IMG/VR virus record: IMGVR_UViG_3300020810_001156
Span: 62,001 to 126,000 of that record
Strand: one strand, 5' to 3'
Length of the DNA: 64,000 bases
Of this stretch, positions 1 to 9,284 are shown one piece after another. Below the pieces are notes generated by a model. It was given only the letters and a program-made list of their open reading frames with translations. It had not been told where the DNA came from and did no database searches. The first letter of the stretch is position 1, and every line of letters starts with the position of its first letter. The position numbers and the translations under genes are program-made.

Positions 1-2
1 TA

Positions 3-236
3 CAAAACGAAAAAGAATTACCCCCACCACCACCAAAACCAGAGGATAAGGCTAATCCATATAAGCCAGTATCTACACCATCTGGTGGCTCTCCTCGTAG
101 AGGTGGCGGAGGTGGAGGCGGAGGCCGAAACGAATTTATAGAAAGAGACGAATTTAATGATTTTGGAGATAGATTCGATGACTTTGGAAGAGATGATAGC
201 ATCCTCAGACCTAATTATGATATAAGACAATTCTAA
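3..236 (+). CDS. 3' end of a gene entering from the left edge (Pro-rich/Gly-rich C-terminal tail)
   Basis: Open frame from base 3 (QNEKELPPPPPKPEDK...RGGGGGGGGRNEF...IRQF) ends at TAA 234-236, which overlaps the next ATG (TAATG). Not in the ORF track because it has no start in the window. Confidence 0.6.
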   Translation, partial: QNEKELPPPPPKPEDKANPYKPVSTPSGGSPRRGGGGGGGGRNEFIERDEFNDFGDRFDDFGRDDSILRPNYDIRQF

Positions 237-3200
237 TGCCAGCACCAAAAAACATATTAGATATTTTAAAATCTTTGGGAGCAAACAAAGTTCCACCAAA
301 GAATAATGCCATTATATCATTATCTGATTTAAATAAATCTGGTAAAGCGGGTGGTGGAGCATTTAATCCTATTAATGATATTTTAAAACCAATAAACCCT
401 ATAAACTATCCAACTAAACCAGTAAATGATTTAGGATTAAAATCAAATATTCCAAATACAAAAAAAGCAAACGAAAAGAAATTGCCTGAGGTATCTTTAT
501 CAGATAGACCTAAAAATCTAAATGAAGTTGAAGAACAAAAAGATATTGTAACTAAGTTAGATGAGGGAACTCAAGATAATGAAACATCTAATATCTTAGA
601 TAGAGCAGTTAGTTTAACAATTAATGTTGTTGATGAGTATTCTGTAACTGTACCAGATATTAGAAGAATCACATATCCCAAAGTAATTAGGGGTGCTGAT
701 TTTATTGGATATGATGTTGATTTTAAATTAAGATTTGATGTAGAAGGATTAGAAAGAAGTGGGTTTGTTGAAGTTGGTATTGGTAGAGTTAAAAATGCAT
801 TTACAACAAGAGAATTTAATCTTAATTTTAATGTACAAGAGATTCTAATCAACTATCTTGATATGGAAGGTACTGAAGATGTTGATAAAATTAAGATACC
901 AATATCATTAACTCCTGTAAACCAAAATCTAAGAAAAGAAAAGGTAAGGGGTGAAACAGAAACTTTTACTATTTTATTTGATAAGGGTGATTTAGATATA
1001 CCACGTTCGGTTGCTATTAACAGGATATCAGAAGGATTCATTTCTCAATTTAATAAATGTAGTTTTGATGATTCAACATATCTTACTCACTTATTACATT
1101 TGGGGGATGGTAACAACAAAGTAATAACAACTTGGAGAGGATTGCAAGAAATCACTCAAACTGGTGGTGATGCATCTTCGTTAATTTTAAAGTTATATGA
1201 ACCCCTTTCAAACGATATACAAACAAATCAAAAAGTTTGGATTACTAAAATTCAAACCAATCCTATATTTGAGACACTCACATTATTGGGTGATACGCAG
1301 GATTACTGCCCACCATTACAAGGACCTAATTTTTCGTTAGAATCTGATAATGGTATTGGATATCAAGTATATAGTGATTTACTTGCAAGTGGTTCATCAA
1401 CAAATGATGCACTAATAAGAGAGTATGGTGAAAAAGTTGGTATAGATACCAAAAAATTAAATATTCAATATGTAAGTGGTTCCGAATATGTATTTGAAAA
1501 TTTTGTACATTTTGGTTCGGCTGAAGAAAGAATTAAAAACTTCCAATATAAAGTTGAACTATTAGAATCATATCAAACAAAATATAATAGTTTATCGGTA
1601 TCTCAAGTAGAATTGGGGTATTTATTAGCAGAGGGTGGATTGGTTGATGAATATACAATCATAAGTGAACCAGCTTCTTCCAGTTTACAAATTGAGGCTA
1701 TAAGTGTAACAGCAGCTTCGGTGGTACAAGCTAATCAACAATTGGTTAATATAAACAATCTTATCAAAACATTTGATGGATTTGAAAACTTTTTATATAC
1801 ATCAACCAATTCATTAGCATATCCTAAGAGCGGAAGTTCAATTATAGCATCAACCGATTCTCAGGCAATTGCTTGGTATAATACTGCTGTAAATGAAGCC
1901 GCAACATTTGATAGAAATAATGTAGATTACCTAAACAACAATCTTCCAGAATTTATTAGAGAAGATTATCAGAACGAGGACTTTATGTTGTTTATGGATA
2001 TGTTAGGGCATCATTTTGATGTTATTTGGGCATATATTAATGGGTTAAACAATTTAAGAAAACCAGAACATAAAGCAGATTTAGGATTTTCAAGTGATTT
2101 GGTTTCTACAATGTTAGAATCGTTGGGATGGGATGGTAGAAAAGCTTATGATTCTCAACATTTATGGGAATATGCTTTAGGACAATACAAAGATGGTACT
2201 GAAAAATATCAACAATCTCTTAAATCAGCAAATGAAGAAGTTTGGAGAAGAATCCTTAACAACTTACCTTACTTATTAAAACACAAAGGTACTTCTCGTT
2301 CTTTAAAAGCAGTAATGGCTTGTTATGGTGTTCCACAATCACTCCTTACAATTATGGAGTTTGGTGGACCAACTGACCCAACTGATGGTGGTACTCAACC
2401 ATTTACATTTGAAGATAGAACTTCTGAACTTGTTTTAAGTGGTAGCGATAGTTCTTATATTCAAATACCATTTAATGATATCGATGATTACAGCGCTAGA
2501 GGTATTGAATTTAGGGTTAATTCTACTATACCAAAAGATACATCGTTAATTAAAATGATGGACCCATCTGGTACAGAAGCAGAATGGGAATTTAAAATAT
2601 CCCAAACCACTGGTAGTTTTGCTAACTTAGATTTATATGTAAGTTCAAGCTCAGAACTACATTCGGCATCTATTGATAATGTTAGATTCTTTGATGGTGA
2701 GTATAAACAAATTCTTATCAACAAAAGTGAAGATGGAAGTGATGATACATTCAATGTGTATTTAAGAGATTCCATTAATGGTAGAATACGAACAGAAAAA
2801 GCATCAAATACTCTAAGTATTACTAATGCAAATTGGACTGGTAGTGGATTGGGTATTGGGCGTTCATTGCGAGTTGGTAATGGATTTAATGGTTCGCTTG
2901 ATGAATTTAGATTATGGAAAACTCCGTTAGAAACTAACTTATTAGATACGCATACACTACAACCAGATTCGATAGCTGGAAACAGCTATACGGCATCATC
3001 TGAAGATTTAGTACTTAGATTTGATTTTGAACTTCCTAAAGATTTATCATCATCCACAACAATAAATAATGTTGCTATTAGTACCGAATATAATGTTAAT
3101 GGAACCGCTGTTGGATTTAATTCAATATCAGATTATCCATATCATTATAGAAGTTATGAAAGAACAATAACTGCAAAAGTTCCATCATTAGGATTTAATC

Positions 3201-4459
3201 AAGCTGATAAAATTAGATTTGAAACTCAAGAACTTGTTGGTAATTTATCACACAAAGTTAGAGCAACCAAAAAATCATTAGATAGGGCGCCAATCGATTC
3301 ATCTCGTTTAGGATTATTCTTCTCCCCAATCAAAGAGTTGAATATGGATATCATTAAATCATTTGGTAACTTCAATATTGATAATTATATTGGAGCACCT
3401 GCTGATGAATACAAAGATGAATATACGGAATTAAAATCATTAAGAGATTATTACTTCCAAAGATTAAATAGAGATATCTACGAATATATCAGATTAATTA
3501 GATACATTGATAAATCTTTATTCGATGTATTGGAAGATTTAGTTCCTGCTAGAGCAAAAGTTTCTAAAGGTTTATTAATCGAACCTCACTTTTTAGAAAG
3601 AAGTAAAACTAAATGGGATAAACCAACATCTGAAAAAAGAGATTATGAAACCAGTGTAGATGTTGATGAAGATGTAATTTTAATTGGTGATAACAATCAA
3701 TTTCAAGCTAACATAGATGGGGAATCTGATGTAGTATTAACACATCAGTATGATAACTATGAAGCAAATGTTGATGGTGAGGATGATATTGTATTAACAT
3801 CAACCAACCCACAATATGATTCATCTATCGATGTTGATAATGATACGAATTTATTGGGTACATATCCAACATATGTTTCGGAAATTGAAGTTCCCGATGG
3901 AAGTAAATTAGATGCATCGGCTGAATCATTTGGATTTGAACAAATTGGTATGGACCCGAATTCATTAAATAATGCTGGATTTGGATTATTTACACCAATT
4001 GAAAAATATGGTGAAGTTAGTACATTGGATATATTTGGAAATTTATCTGGAAGTAGACAGCAAGTATATTTAATAAAAGAATCATACATAGAAAAAGTAC
4101 CTACTCAAGTTGCAGGATATCCTACAACAACAACCAATGAGCAGGTTAGATATGAAGATGTAGAGGTTACTAAGTTTAGATACAAAGTAACAAAAGTACC
4201 ATTTGGAGCACCAGACCCATCGGTTGGAAACGATGTAGTTGAAGTAACTCCGTTAAAGGGATACTTATCATCTCACTATCGATATAAAAACAACCTATCA
4301 CAAGGATTAAAAAATTCATTCTTTGAAGGTTCAAAACAAACAATAAATACAACCCCAGATGGGTTATCTCCTGTTGAAACATTTACTACGAATCCGAACA
4401 TTTTAAGAGTTGCGGATACTGGTAGAGGAAGTGGAGAACCAATTCTTGAGGTAGATTAA
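236..4459 (+). CDS. Large baseplate wedge-type protein (T4 gp7 / P2 gpI-like motifs) with a LamG/concanavalin-like domain
   Basis: 1407 aa. LPEFIREDY..FMLFMDMLGHHFD and YLLKHKGTSRSL resemble wedge-protein motifs; the LamG-like end GFNGSLDEFRLWKTPL is visible; it lies next to tail-attachment genes. Confidence 0.62.
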   Translation: MPAPKNILDILKSLGANKVPPKNNAIISLSDLNKSGKAGGGAFNPINDILKPINPINYPTKPVNDLGLKSNIPNTKKANEKKLPEVSLSDRPKNLNEVEEQKDIVTKLDEGTQDNETSNILDRAVSLTINVVDEYSVTVPDIRRITYPKVIRGADFIGYDVDFKLRFDVEGLERSGFVEVGIGRVKNAFTTREFNLNFNVQEILINYLDMEGTEDVDKIKIPISLTPVNQNLRKEKVRGETETFTILFDKGDLDIPRSVAINRISEGFISQFNKCSFDDSTYLTHLLHLGDGNNKVITTWRGLQEITQTGGDASSLILKLYEPLSNDIQTNQKVWITKIQTNPIFETLTLLGDTQDYCPPLQGPNFSLESDNGIGYQVYSDLLASGSSTNDALIREYGEKVGIDTKKLNIQYVSGSEYVFENFVHFGSAEERIKNFQYKVELLESYQTKYNSLSVSQVELGYLLAEGGLVDEYTIISEPASSSLQIEAISVTAASVVQANQQLVNINNLIKTFDGFENFLYTSTNSLAYPKSGSSIIASTDSQAIAWYNTAVNEAATFDRNNVDYLNNNLPEFIREDYQNEDFMLFMDMLGHHFDVIWAYINGLNNLRKPEHKADLGFSSDLVSTMLESLGWDGRKAYDSQHLWEYALGQYKDGTEKYQQSLKSANEEVWRRILNNLPYLLKHKGTSRSLKAVMACYGVPQSLLTIMEFGGPTDPTDGGTQPFTFEDRTSELVLSGSDSSYIQIPFNDIDDYSARGIEFRVNSTIPKDTSLIKMMDPSGTEAEWEFKISQTTGSFANLDLYVSSSSELHSASIDNVRFFDGEYKQILINKSEDGSDDTFNVYLRDSINGRIRTEKASNTLSITNANWTGSGLGIGRSLRVGNGFNGSLDEFRLWKTPLETNLLDTHTLQPDSIAGNSYTASSEDLVLRFDFELPKDLSSSTTINNVAISTEYNVNGTAVGFNSISDYPYHYRSYERTITAKVPSLGFNQADKIRFETQELVGNLSHKVRATKKSLDRAPIDSSRLGLFFSPIKELNMDIIKSFGNFNIDNYIGAPADEYKDEYTELKSLRDYYFQRLNRDIYEYIRLIRYIDKSLFDVLEDLVPARAKVSKGLLIEPHFLERSKTKWDKPTSEKRDYETSVDVDEDVILIGDNNQFQANIDGESDVVLTHQYDNYEANVDGEDDIVLTSTNPQYDSSIDVDNDTNLLGTYPTYVSEIEVPDGSKLDASAESFGFEQIGMDPNSLNNAGFGLFTPIEKYGEVSTLDIFGNLSGSRQQVYLIKESYIEKVPTQVAGYPTTTTNEQVRYEDVEVTKFRYKVTKVPFGAPDPSVGNDVVEVTPLKGYLSSHYRYKNNLSQGLKNSFFEGSKQTINTTPDGLSPVETFTTNPNILRVADTGRGSGEPILEVD

Positions 4460-4477
4460 TTAAATTTTAAAATAGTT

Positions 4478-4486
4478 ATATTTATT
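4478..4486 (+). promoter_or_regulatory. Putative phage late promoter (ATATTTATT)
   Basis: One of 13 intergenic copies of ATA[T/C]TTAT[A/T]; 36 nt upstream of ATG 4523. Confidence 0.55.
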
Positions 4487-4522
4487 AGTACATAATAAAC
4501 AAAAGGGCAAATTAAAAAAATT

Positions 4523-5152
4523 ATGGGATATTTAGACAATACATCAATTACAGTCGATGCCATCCTAACCAAAAAAGGTAGACAGAAGTTGGCATCTGGT
4601 CAATCCCTTAACATTACCAAATTCGCATTAGGTGATGATGAGATTGATTATACATTGTACGAGCCAGCGCACCCAAAGGGTTCAGCGTATTATGATTCGG
4701 CAATTAAGGCGATACCAATTCTGGAAGCTAGTCCAGACGAAACACAAGTATTAAGATACAAGTTAGTTACATTACCAAAAGGTACAACTCAGATTCCAGT
4801 TGTAGCATTAGGTATTTCTTCAATTGGAGTTTATCAAGATGAAGGGCAAGTTGCTCTTTCACCTACAACTTCACCACAAGGAAATAGTTCTTCTGGATAT
4901 ACTGTTGTATTAGCAGACCAGAGAGCTGGTACATTAGCAGTAACGCAAGGAGCAACAGCAGCCGGTTCGGTTCCTGTTTTCTTAGGAGAAGAAGTAACTA
5001 CTACGGCACAAGTTGTTAGTGGTTTAGGATTTACATTCTCACCAAATCCTTCGTTAACATCTAATGTTTCTACTACGATAACTGTATATGGAAATGAGAC
5101 GGGTGGTTCACAAACTATTCCTGTAACTGTAACTTATAGAAGTAACAACTAA
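4523..5152 (+). CDS. Baseplate/tail-fibre attachment protein carrying the N-terminal half of a P2 gpH/DUF3751-like domain
   Basis: AILTKKGRQKLA...NITKFALGDD parallels the gpH N-terminus (ITTAGAAKLA...NITTMAVGDG); structural context. Confidence 0.55.
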   Translation: MGYLDNTSITVDAILTKKGRQKLASGQSLNITKFALGDDEIDYTLYEPAHPKGSAYYDSAIKAIPILEASPDETQVLRYKLVTLPKGTTQIPVVALGISSIGVYQDEGQVALSPTTSPQGNSSSGYTVVLADQRAGTLAVTQGATAAGSVPVFLGEEVTTTAQVVSGLGFTFSPNPSLTSNVSTTITVYGNETGGSQTIPVTVTYRSNN

Positions 5153-5166
5153 AAAAGGATAGAGAT

Positions 5167-6378
5167 ATGGCAATTATAAACGACCCAAATATATCCGCTC
5201 AACTACAAGCGTTAGCACAAGGCGGAACAATCGATAGTAATGATGTAGTAGCCCTTTTAAACTCAGCATTACCTGCGGGACAGCAATTACAATCTGGCGC
5301 AGGTGTAACTACTGGAATTTATAAAAGATTCGGTGAGTTTGATAAGGTAAATGCAAAAATTGAAGTAGTAACAACTGGATTATGGACAGGTGATGTAGGT
5401 TCATTAACGGCACTTTATACTTCATCTGCTCAAGTAGCTGGTACAAGTGCTAAGTACTACTATAATGCTTACGCCGGAGATACAGCAGTAACTTCATCAG
5501 CTGAAGTTCAATTCGCTGTAGCATATGGACATTTAAATGGAAGTGGTTCAATATCATTAGCAAATTCAGATGATGCATTACTACCAACTAAAGCAACTTA
5601 CGCTCAATATAAATCAGTTTTGTTAGACCCAACCGATACACAATTCTCATTTGAAAATGGTAGTGGTATAGCAAACGATTCAAACGCAATCTACGCTATC
5701 AATATCAATAGAGCGAGATATAGAGAGAAAATGGACCCGGGTAACTGGTCATTACAACTTTCTGGTTCTAATGGATTATTTACTTTCATTGATGATAGTG
5801 GTAAGAAGTTTGGAGATACATTAGGAAAAGCTGGTAGAGTATTTAAAGTAGTAAGTGGTTCACTTAACTTAGGTACTGAAGATGCAGCTACAATCAATAC
5901 AACAACCGCATCTAACAATGAGGGATATGGATTGTTCTATCCTGATAGAGGTATTATCATTCTTAACCCAACTGCAATCGCTGATACTGTTGGTAACGCA
6001 TTTGATGCTGATTGGGGTTCTTTAGGAACTTTAGCTGGAGATACTGGAGTAGATGCTGATAAAGAAAATCATAAGAGATTATTCTACGCAATTCATCATG
6101 GTGGTGATTTCCAAGCTAGAAGAACTGAAAACGTATCAACACAACATTTCTTCGTAAGAGCAACGAATAGAGAATTTAACTATTCAAACAACCCAACTTA
6201 TGTAAATGCCAATGGAACATTCACAGAAACAACATTTGAAACTGACCCAAGAACTTATATTACAACGGTTGGATTATTAAATGATGCAAATGAAACAATA
6301 GCAGTAGCTAAAACTTCTCAACCAATTGAAAAATCATTTGATAAAGAAGTATTAATTAAAGTTAAACTTTCATTCTAA
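5167..6378 (+). CDS. Virion baseplate/tail protein with a gpH/DUF3751-like C-terminal segment; paralog of 6466..7404
   Basis: C-terminus YITTVGLLNDANETIAVAKTSQPIEK; shares FYxDRG and EFNxSxNPT motifs with the next gene. Confidence 0.55.
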   Translation: MAIINDPNISAQLQALAQGGTIDSNDVVALLNSALPAGQQLQSGAGVTTGIYKRFGEFDKVNAKIEVVTTGLWTGDVGSLTALYTSSAQVAGTSAKYYYNAYAGDTAVTSSAEVQFAVAYGHLNGSGSISLANSDDALLPTKATYAQYKSVLLDPTDTQFSFENGSGIANDSNAIYAININRARYREKMDPGNWSLQLSGSNGLFTFIDDSGKKFGDTLGKAGRVFKVVSGSLNLGTEDAATINTTTASNNEGYGLFYPDRGIIILNPTAIADTVGNAFDADWGSLGTLAGDTGVDADKENHKRLFYAIHHGGDFQARRTENVSTQHFFVRATNREFNYSNNPTYVNANGTFTETTFETDPRTYITTVGLLNDANETIAVAKTSQPIEKSFDKEVLIKVKLSF

Positions 6379-6406
6379 TAAATTTATTAAAATATAAATG
6401 TAGAAG

Positions 6407-6431
6407 AACCCCACTAAAAGTGGGGTTTTTT
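6407..6431 (+). terminator. Rho-independent terminator
   Basis: Perfect stem AACCCCACT-AAA-AGTGGGGTT followed by a T run, downstream of stop 6378. Confidence 0.75.
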
Positions 6432-6439
6432 GTTTCTTA

Positions 6440-6448
6440 ATATTTATA
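6440..6448 (+). promoter_or_regulatory. Putative phage late promoter (ATATTTATA)
   Basis: Recurrent motif directly after the terminator, 17 nt before ATG 6466. Confidence 0.6.
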
Positions 6449-6465
6449 TAAAAGTATTTGCTTAG

Positions 6466-7404
6466 ATGATAAAAGAGATTCCAAAATCAGATGTGGTGGT
6501 TAGGCCTTTCAAAGTTTACAAAGAGTGGGCTTTGGACCAAACGGATATTACCGCACTTTATGGTACAAATCAAACGGACCTTTATGATGTAAATACCGAT
6601 GACACTAACTCAGACGGTACATCTAAAAGAACTTTATATGATTCTATAAAAGCACAATTTTATTTAAATCCAGCTACTGCATCTATTTTAACCGAAGTTG
6701 GTAAAAGGGAATCATATGCATCAACCAATGAAAGGGTTATTAGTGATACGATTGGTATAATACCAATTCCACAACAATATTATGGTGAAGGAATTAAAGT
6801 GGGTTCAATGGTAGTTGAATATGGTTCGATTACGGCAACCGATGATGGTAACTCTAACTTAATCGATTCTGCATCAAACATTAAGGGTAATGTGTTTTAT
6901 GATAGGGGATTAGTTGTACTTACCGAAGATGTAGCTGATGGAAGCGGTTTATCTTCATTTGATGTATCATATCGTTCAACTATGACTATTTATGAAAACG
7001 AAATATTCCTTTCAGTAAATGAAAATGAATTCAATGTATCTCAAAATCCAACTGCTATTTATGAAGTTGGTGGTAAAAAAATAACGGCATCTATTACAAA
7101 ACCAAAGACTAGATTGATTGATGGTGAGTTGGTATCTCAATCTTTTTATCAACCTGGAGCTAGATATATAAGGGGTGGTAAGTATCCATATGTATCATCT
7201 TATGATGGCTCATCTAAGGGAAGTTTTGATGATTATGAAGTAAGTGGTTCTACTGACCAAACTGGTTCTTATTTAACGCCATTTATTACAACAATAGGTT
7301 TATATGATAATGAAATGAATATGGTTGCGGTAGCTAAACTACCCCAACCAATTAAATCATTACCGGATTATCCTGTAAACTTCATTGTTCGTTTCGATAC
7401 ATAA
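6466..7404 (+). CDS. Virion baseplate/tail protein, paralog of 5167..6378
   Basis: NVFYDRGLVVL, ENEFNVSQNPT and C-terminal FITTIGLYDNEMNMVAVAKLPQPIK shared with the upstream gene. Confidence 0.55.
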   Translation: MIKEIPKSDVVVRPFKVYKEWALDQTDITALYGTNQTDLYDVNTDDTNSDGTSKRTLYDSIKAQFYLNPATASILTEVGKRESYASTNERVISDTIGIIPIPQQYYGEGIKVGSMVVEYGSITATDDGNSNLIDSASNIKGNVFYDRGLVVLTEDVADGSGLSSFDVSYRSTMTIYENEIFLSVNENEFNVSQNPTAIYEVGGKKITASITKPKTRLIDGELVSQSFYQPGARYIRGGKYPYVSSYDGSSKGSFDDYEVSGSTDQTGSYLTPFITTIGLYDNEMNMVAVAKLPQPIKSLPDYPVNFIVRFDT

Positions 7405-7408
7405 GGTT

Positions 7409-7417
7409 ATATTTATA
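7409..7417 (+). promoter_or_regulatory. Putative phage late promoter (ATATTTATA)
   Basis: Recurrent motif 20 nt before ATG 7438. Confidence 0.55.
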
Positions 7418-7437
7418 TAATATAAAGAAAAACAATT

Positions 7438-7620
7438 ATGACTTTAGAAGAAAGATTAGCTCAAAATCCTCCAGCAGTATCAAAAGCAAACATCAAAGGT
7501 GGTGATAAAACTTTGATTGAAGCTGATGGTGGATTAGATTTATCAAAAGATGAAGCTAAGATAAAGCAAGCTAGAGGGGGTAAACTAAATAGTAAACCTT
7601 ACTCCGATACATTTAAATAA
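7438..7620 (+). CDS. Small hypothetical protein (60 aa)
   Basis: Fills the gap between promoter motif and next gene; A-rich leader AAAACAATT-ATG. Confidence 0.6.
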   Translation: MTLEERLAQNPPAVSKANIKGGDKTLIEADGGLDLSKDEAKIKQARGGKLNSKPYSDTFK

Positions 7621-7626
7621 GAATTT

Positions 7627-8040
7627 ATGATTCAATGGTTATGGGAGGGAAACCACATCAAAGATGAGGAAATTCCCGAAAGCGCAGTAGGATTCATCTA
7701 CATGATTGAACACATCCCTACTGGAAAATACTACATAGGTAAGAAAAACCTAAAGGCAAAAAGAACACTTCCCCCACTAAAAGGAAAAAAGAGGAAACGA
7801 AAAGTCATTAAAGAATCTGACTGGAAAAAATATATGTCCTCCAATCAATGGATTAAAGAAGAAGTATCTAATGGTGGTGAGGAAAACTTCAAAAAGAAGA
7901 TACTTCAATTCTGTCATTCAGCAAAAGCACTGACTTATTACGAACTACATTGGCAATTCAAATACAATGTATTAGCTGATGAAAACTCACTCAACGATAA
8001 TCTTTTAGGAAAGTTTTTTAGAAAAGATTTGGAAATCTAA
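7627..8040 (+). CDS. Free-standing GIY-YIG family nuclease
   Basis: GFIYMIEHIPTGKYYIGKK (GIY-x-YIG), downstream conserved E and N (YYELHWQF..V, LNDN). Confidence 0.7.
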   Translation: MIQWLWEGNHIKDEEIPESAVGFIYMIEHIPTGKYYIGKKNLKAKRTLPPLKGKKRKRKVIKESDWKKYMSSNQWIKEEVSNGGEENFKKKILQFCHSAKALTYYELHWQFKYNVLADENSLNDNLLGKFFRKDLEI

Positions 8041-8059
8041 AATATTTTTCGTATATTTG
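8028..8059 (+). promoter_or_regulatory. Bacteroidota primary-sigma promoter (-33 TTTG / -7 TAnnTTTG)
   Basis: TTTG at 8028-8031, 20-nt spacer, TATATTTG at 8052-8059; matches the established Bacteroidetes consensus. Confidence 0.75.
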
Positions 8060-8094
8060 AGTGTTAATTGTATATATACACAAAAAATAATATT

Positions 8095-8298
8095 ATGACT
8101 TTAAACCAAGTAGCAAAAAAACATGGTATCAATCCAAATTCTTTAAACGCAAAAGATGATGGATTAAAAATAGCAGTAAAATCTATTCAACAATTAGTTC
8201 CTATGCTTGAAAAAAGAAAAGTAGATGAACAAACTATTAATGATATAAAAAAATTAGGACAATTTCTATATGATGTATCCGATTCAACCATCGGATAA
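8095..8298 (+). CDS. Small hypothetical protein (67 aa)
   Basis: The track starts at TTG 8068, which is at the predicted transcription start; ATG 8095 with an A-rich leader is more plausible. Confidence 0.55.
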   Translation: MTLNQVAKKHGINPNSLNAKDDGLKIAVKSIQQLVPMLEKRKVDEQTINDIKKLGQFLYDVSDSTIG

Positions 8299-8330
8299 TT
8301 TGGATAATTGAAAAATTTTTCGTATATTTG
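8299..8330 (+). promoter_or_regulatory. Bacteroidota primary-sigma promoter upstream of primase
   Basis: TTTG 8299-8302, 20-nt spacer, TATATTTG 8323-8330. Confidence 0.75.
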
Positions 8331-8345
8331 TTGAAAATTTAATTT

Positions 8346-9284
8346 ATGCTCTCCGCAAGAAATAAGTTAGTAGTTATAAATGTATTAGATTCTGCTTTAG
8401 GTGTTGGTACATCAATGAAGGGAAATGAACAAGCACATCATTGTCCTTTTTGTCATCACCATAAGAAGAAACTACAAGTCAATTTAGATTCACAATATTG
8501 GCATTGTTGGGTATGTGATTCTAAGGGTAGGAGTATTCAATCCTTACTTTATAAACTAAATGTTGATAAGAGTGAATTAGCAAAGATTCATTCTATCTAT
8601 GGAGAGTACAAACCAAAACGGAACGAAAGGGAAGTTGAGAAGATAGTACTCAGACTTCCAAAAGAATTTAAATCACTTTATCACAAACCAAAATCAATCA
8701 ATCCGATTTATAATCAAGCAATTCATTATCTCAAACAAAGAAGTATTTCTATGGATGAGGTTTTGAAATATAACATTGGTTATTGTGAGGAAGGATTATA
8801 TAGTGGTAGAGTGATTATTCCATCTTATAATGAAGATGGTGAATTAAACTATTTTATTGCTCGTTCTTTTTACGAAGATGAAAAGATGAAATACAAAAAC
8901 CCACCCGTTAGTAGGGATGTAATTGTATTTGATAATCAAATCGATTGGAACGAACCCATTACATTAGTAGAAGGTGTATTTGATTCATTCTCAGTAAAAA
9001 GAAATGTGATTCCTATTTTAGGAAAGTTTATTCCAAGAACTTTACAAACTAAAATAAAAGAAAAGGGAGTAAAAGAAATTAATATTTTATTAGATTCAGA
9101 TGCAGTAGAAGATTCTACCAAACATGCAAACTACTTTATTAAGAATGGTATAAAGGTAAAGAATGTTATACCTGAAGGTGGTGATGCTGGTGAATTGGGA
9201 TTTGATAAAATAAATAACTTGTTAAAAGAAACCGAAGAAACCGGTTGGGATGATTTAATCCTTTCAAAACTAAATAATATATGA
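8346..9284 (+). CDS. dnaG: DNA primase (CHC2 zinc finger + TOPRIM)
   Basis: CPFCHH..HCWVC zinc finger, TOPRIM LVEGVFD and LLDSD, terminal GGDAGE. Confidence 0.9.
   Translation: MLSARNKLVVINVLDSALGVGTSMKGNEQAHHCPFCHHHKKKLQVNLDSQYWHCWVCDSKGRSIQSLLYKLNVDKSELAKIHSIYGEYKPKRNEREVEKIVLRLPKEFKSLYHKPKSINPIYNQAIHYLKQRSISMDEVLKYNIGYCEEGLYSGRVIIPSYNEDGELNYFIARSFYEDEKMKYKNPPVSRDVIVFDNQIDWNEPITLVEGVFDSFSVKRNVIPILGKFIPRTLQTKIKEKGVKEINILLDSDAVEDSTKHANYFIKNGIKVKNVIPEGGDAGELGFDKINNLLKETEETGWDDLILSKLNNI

Noticed and set aside
7627-8040. Intron-encoded homing endonuclease
   Set aside because: The flanking genes are intact and separate and I see no group I intron structure; treated as free-standing.
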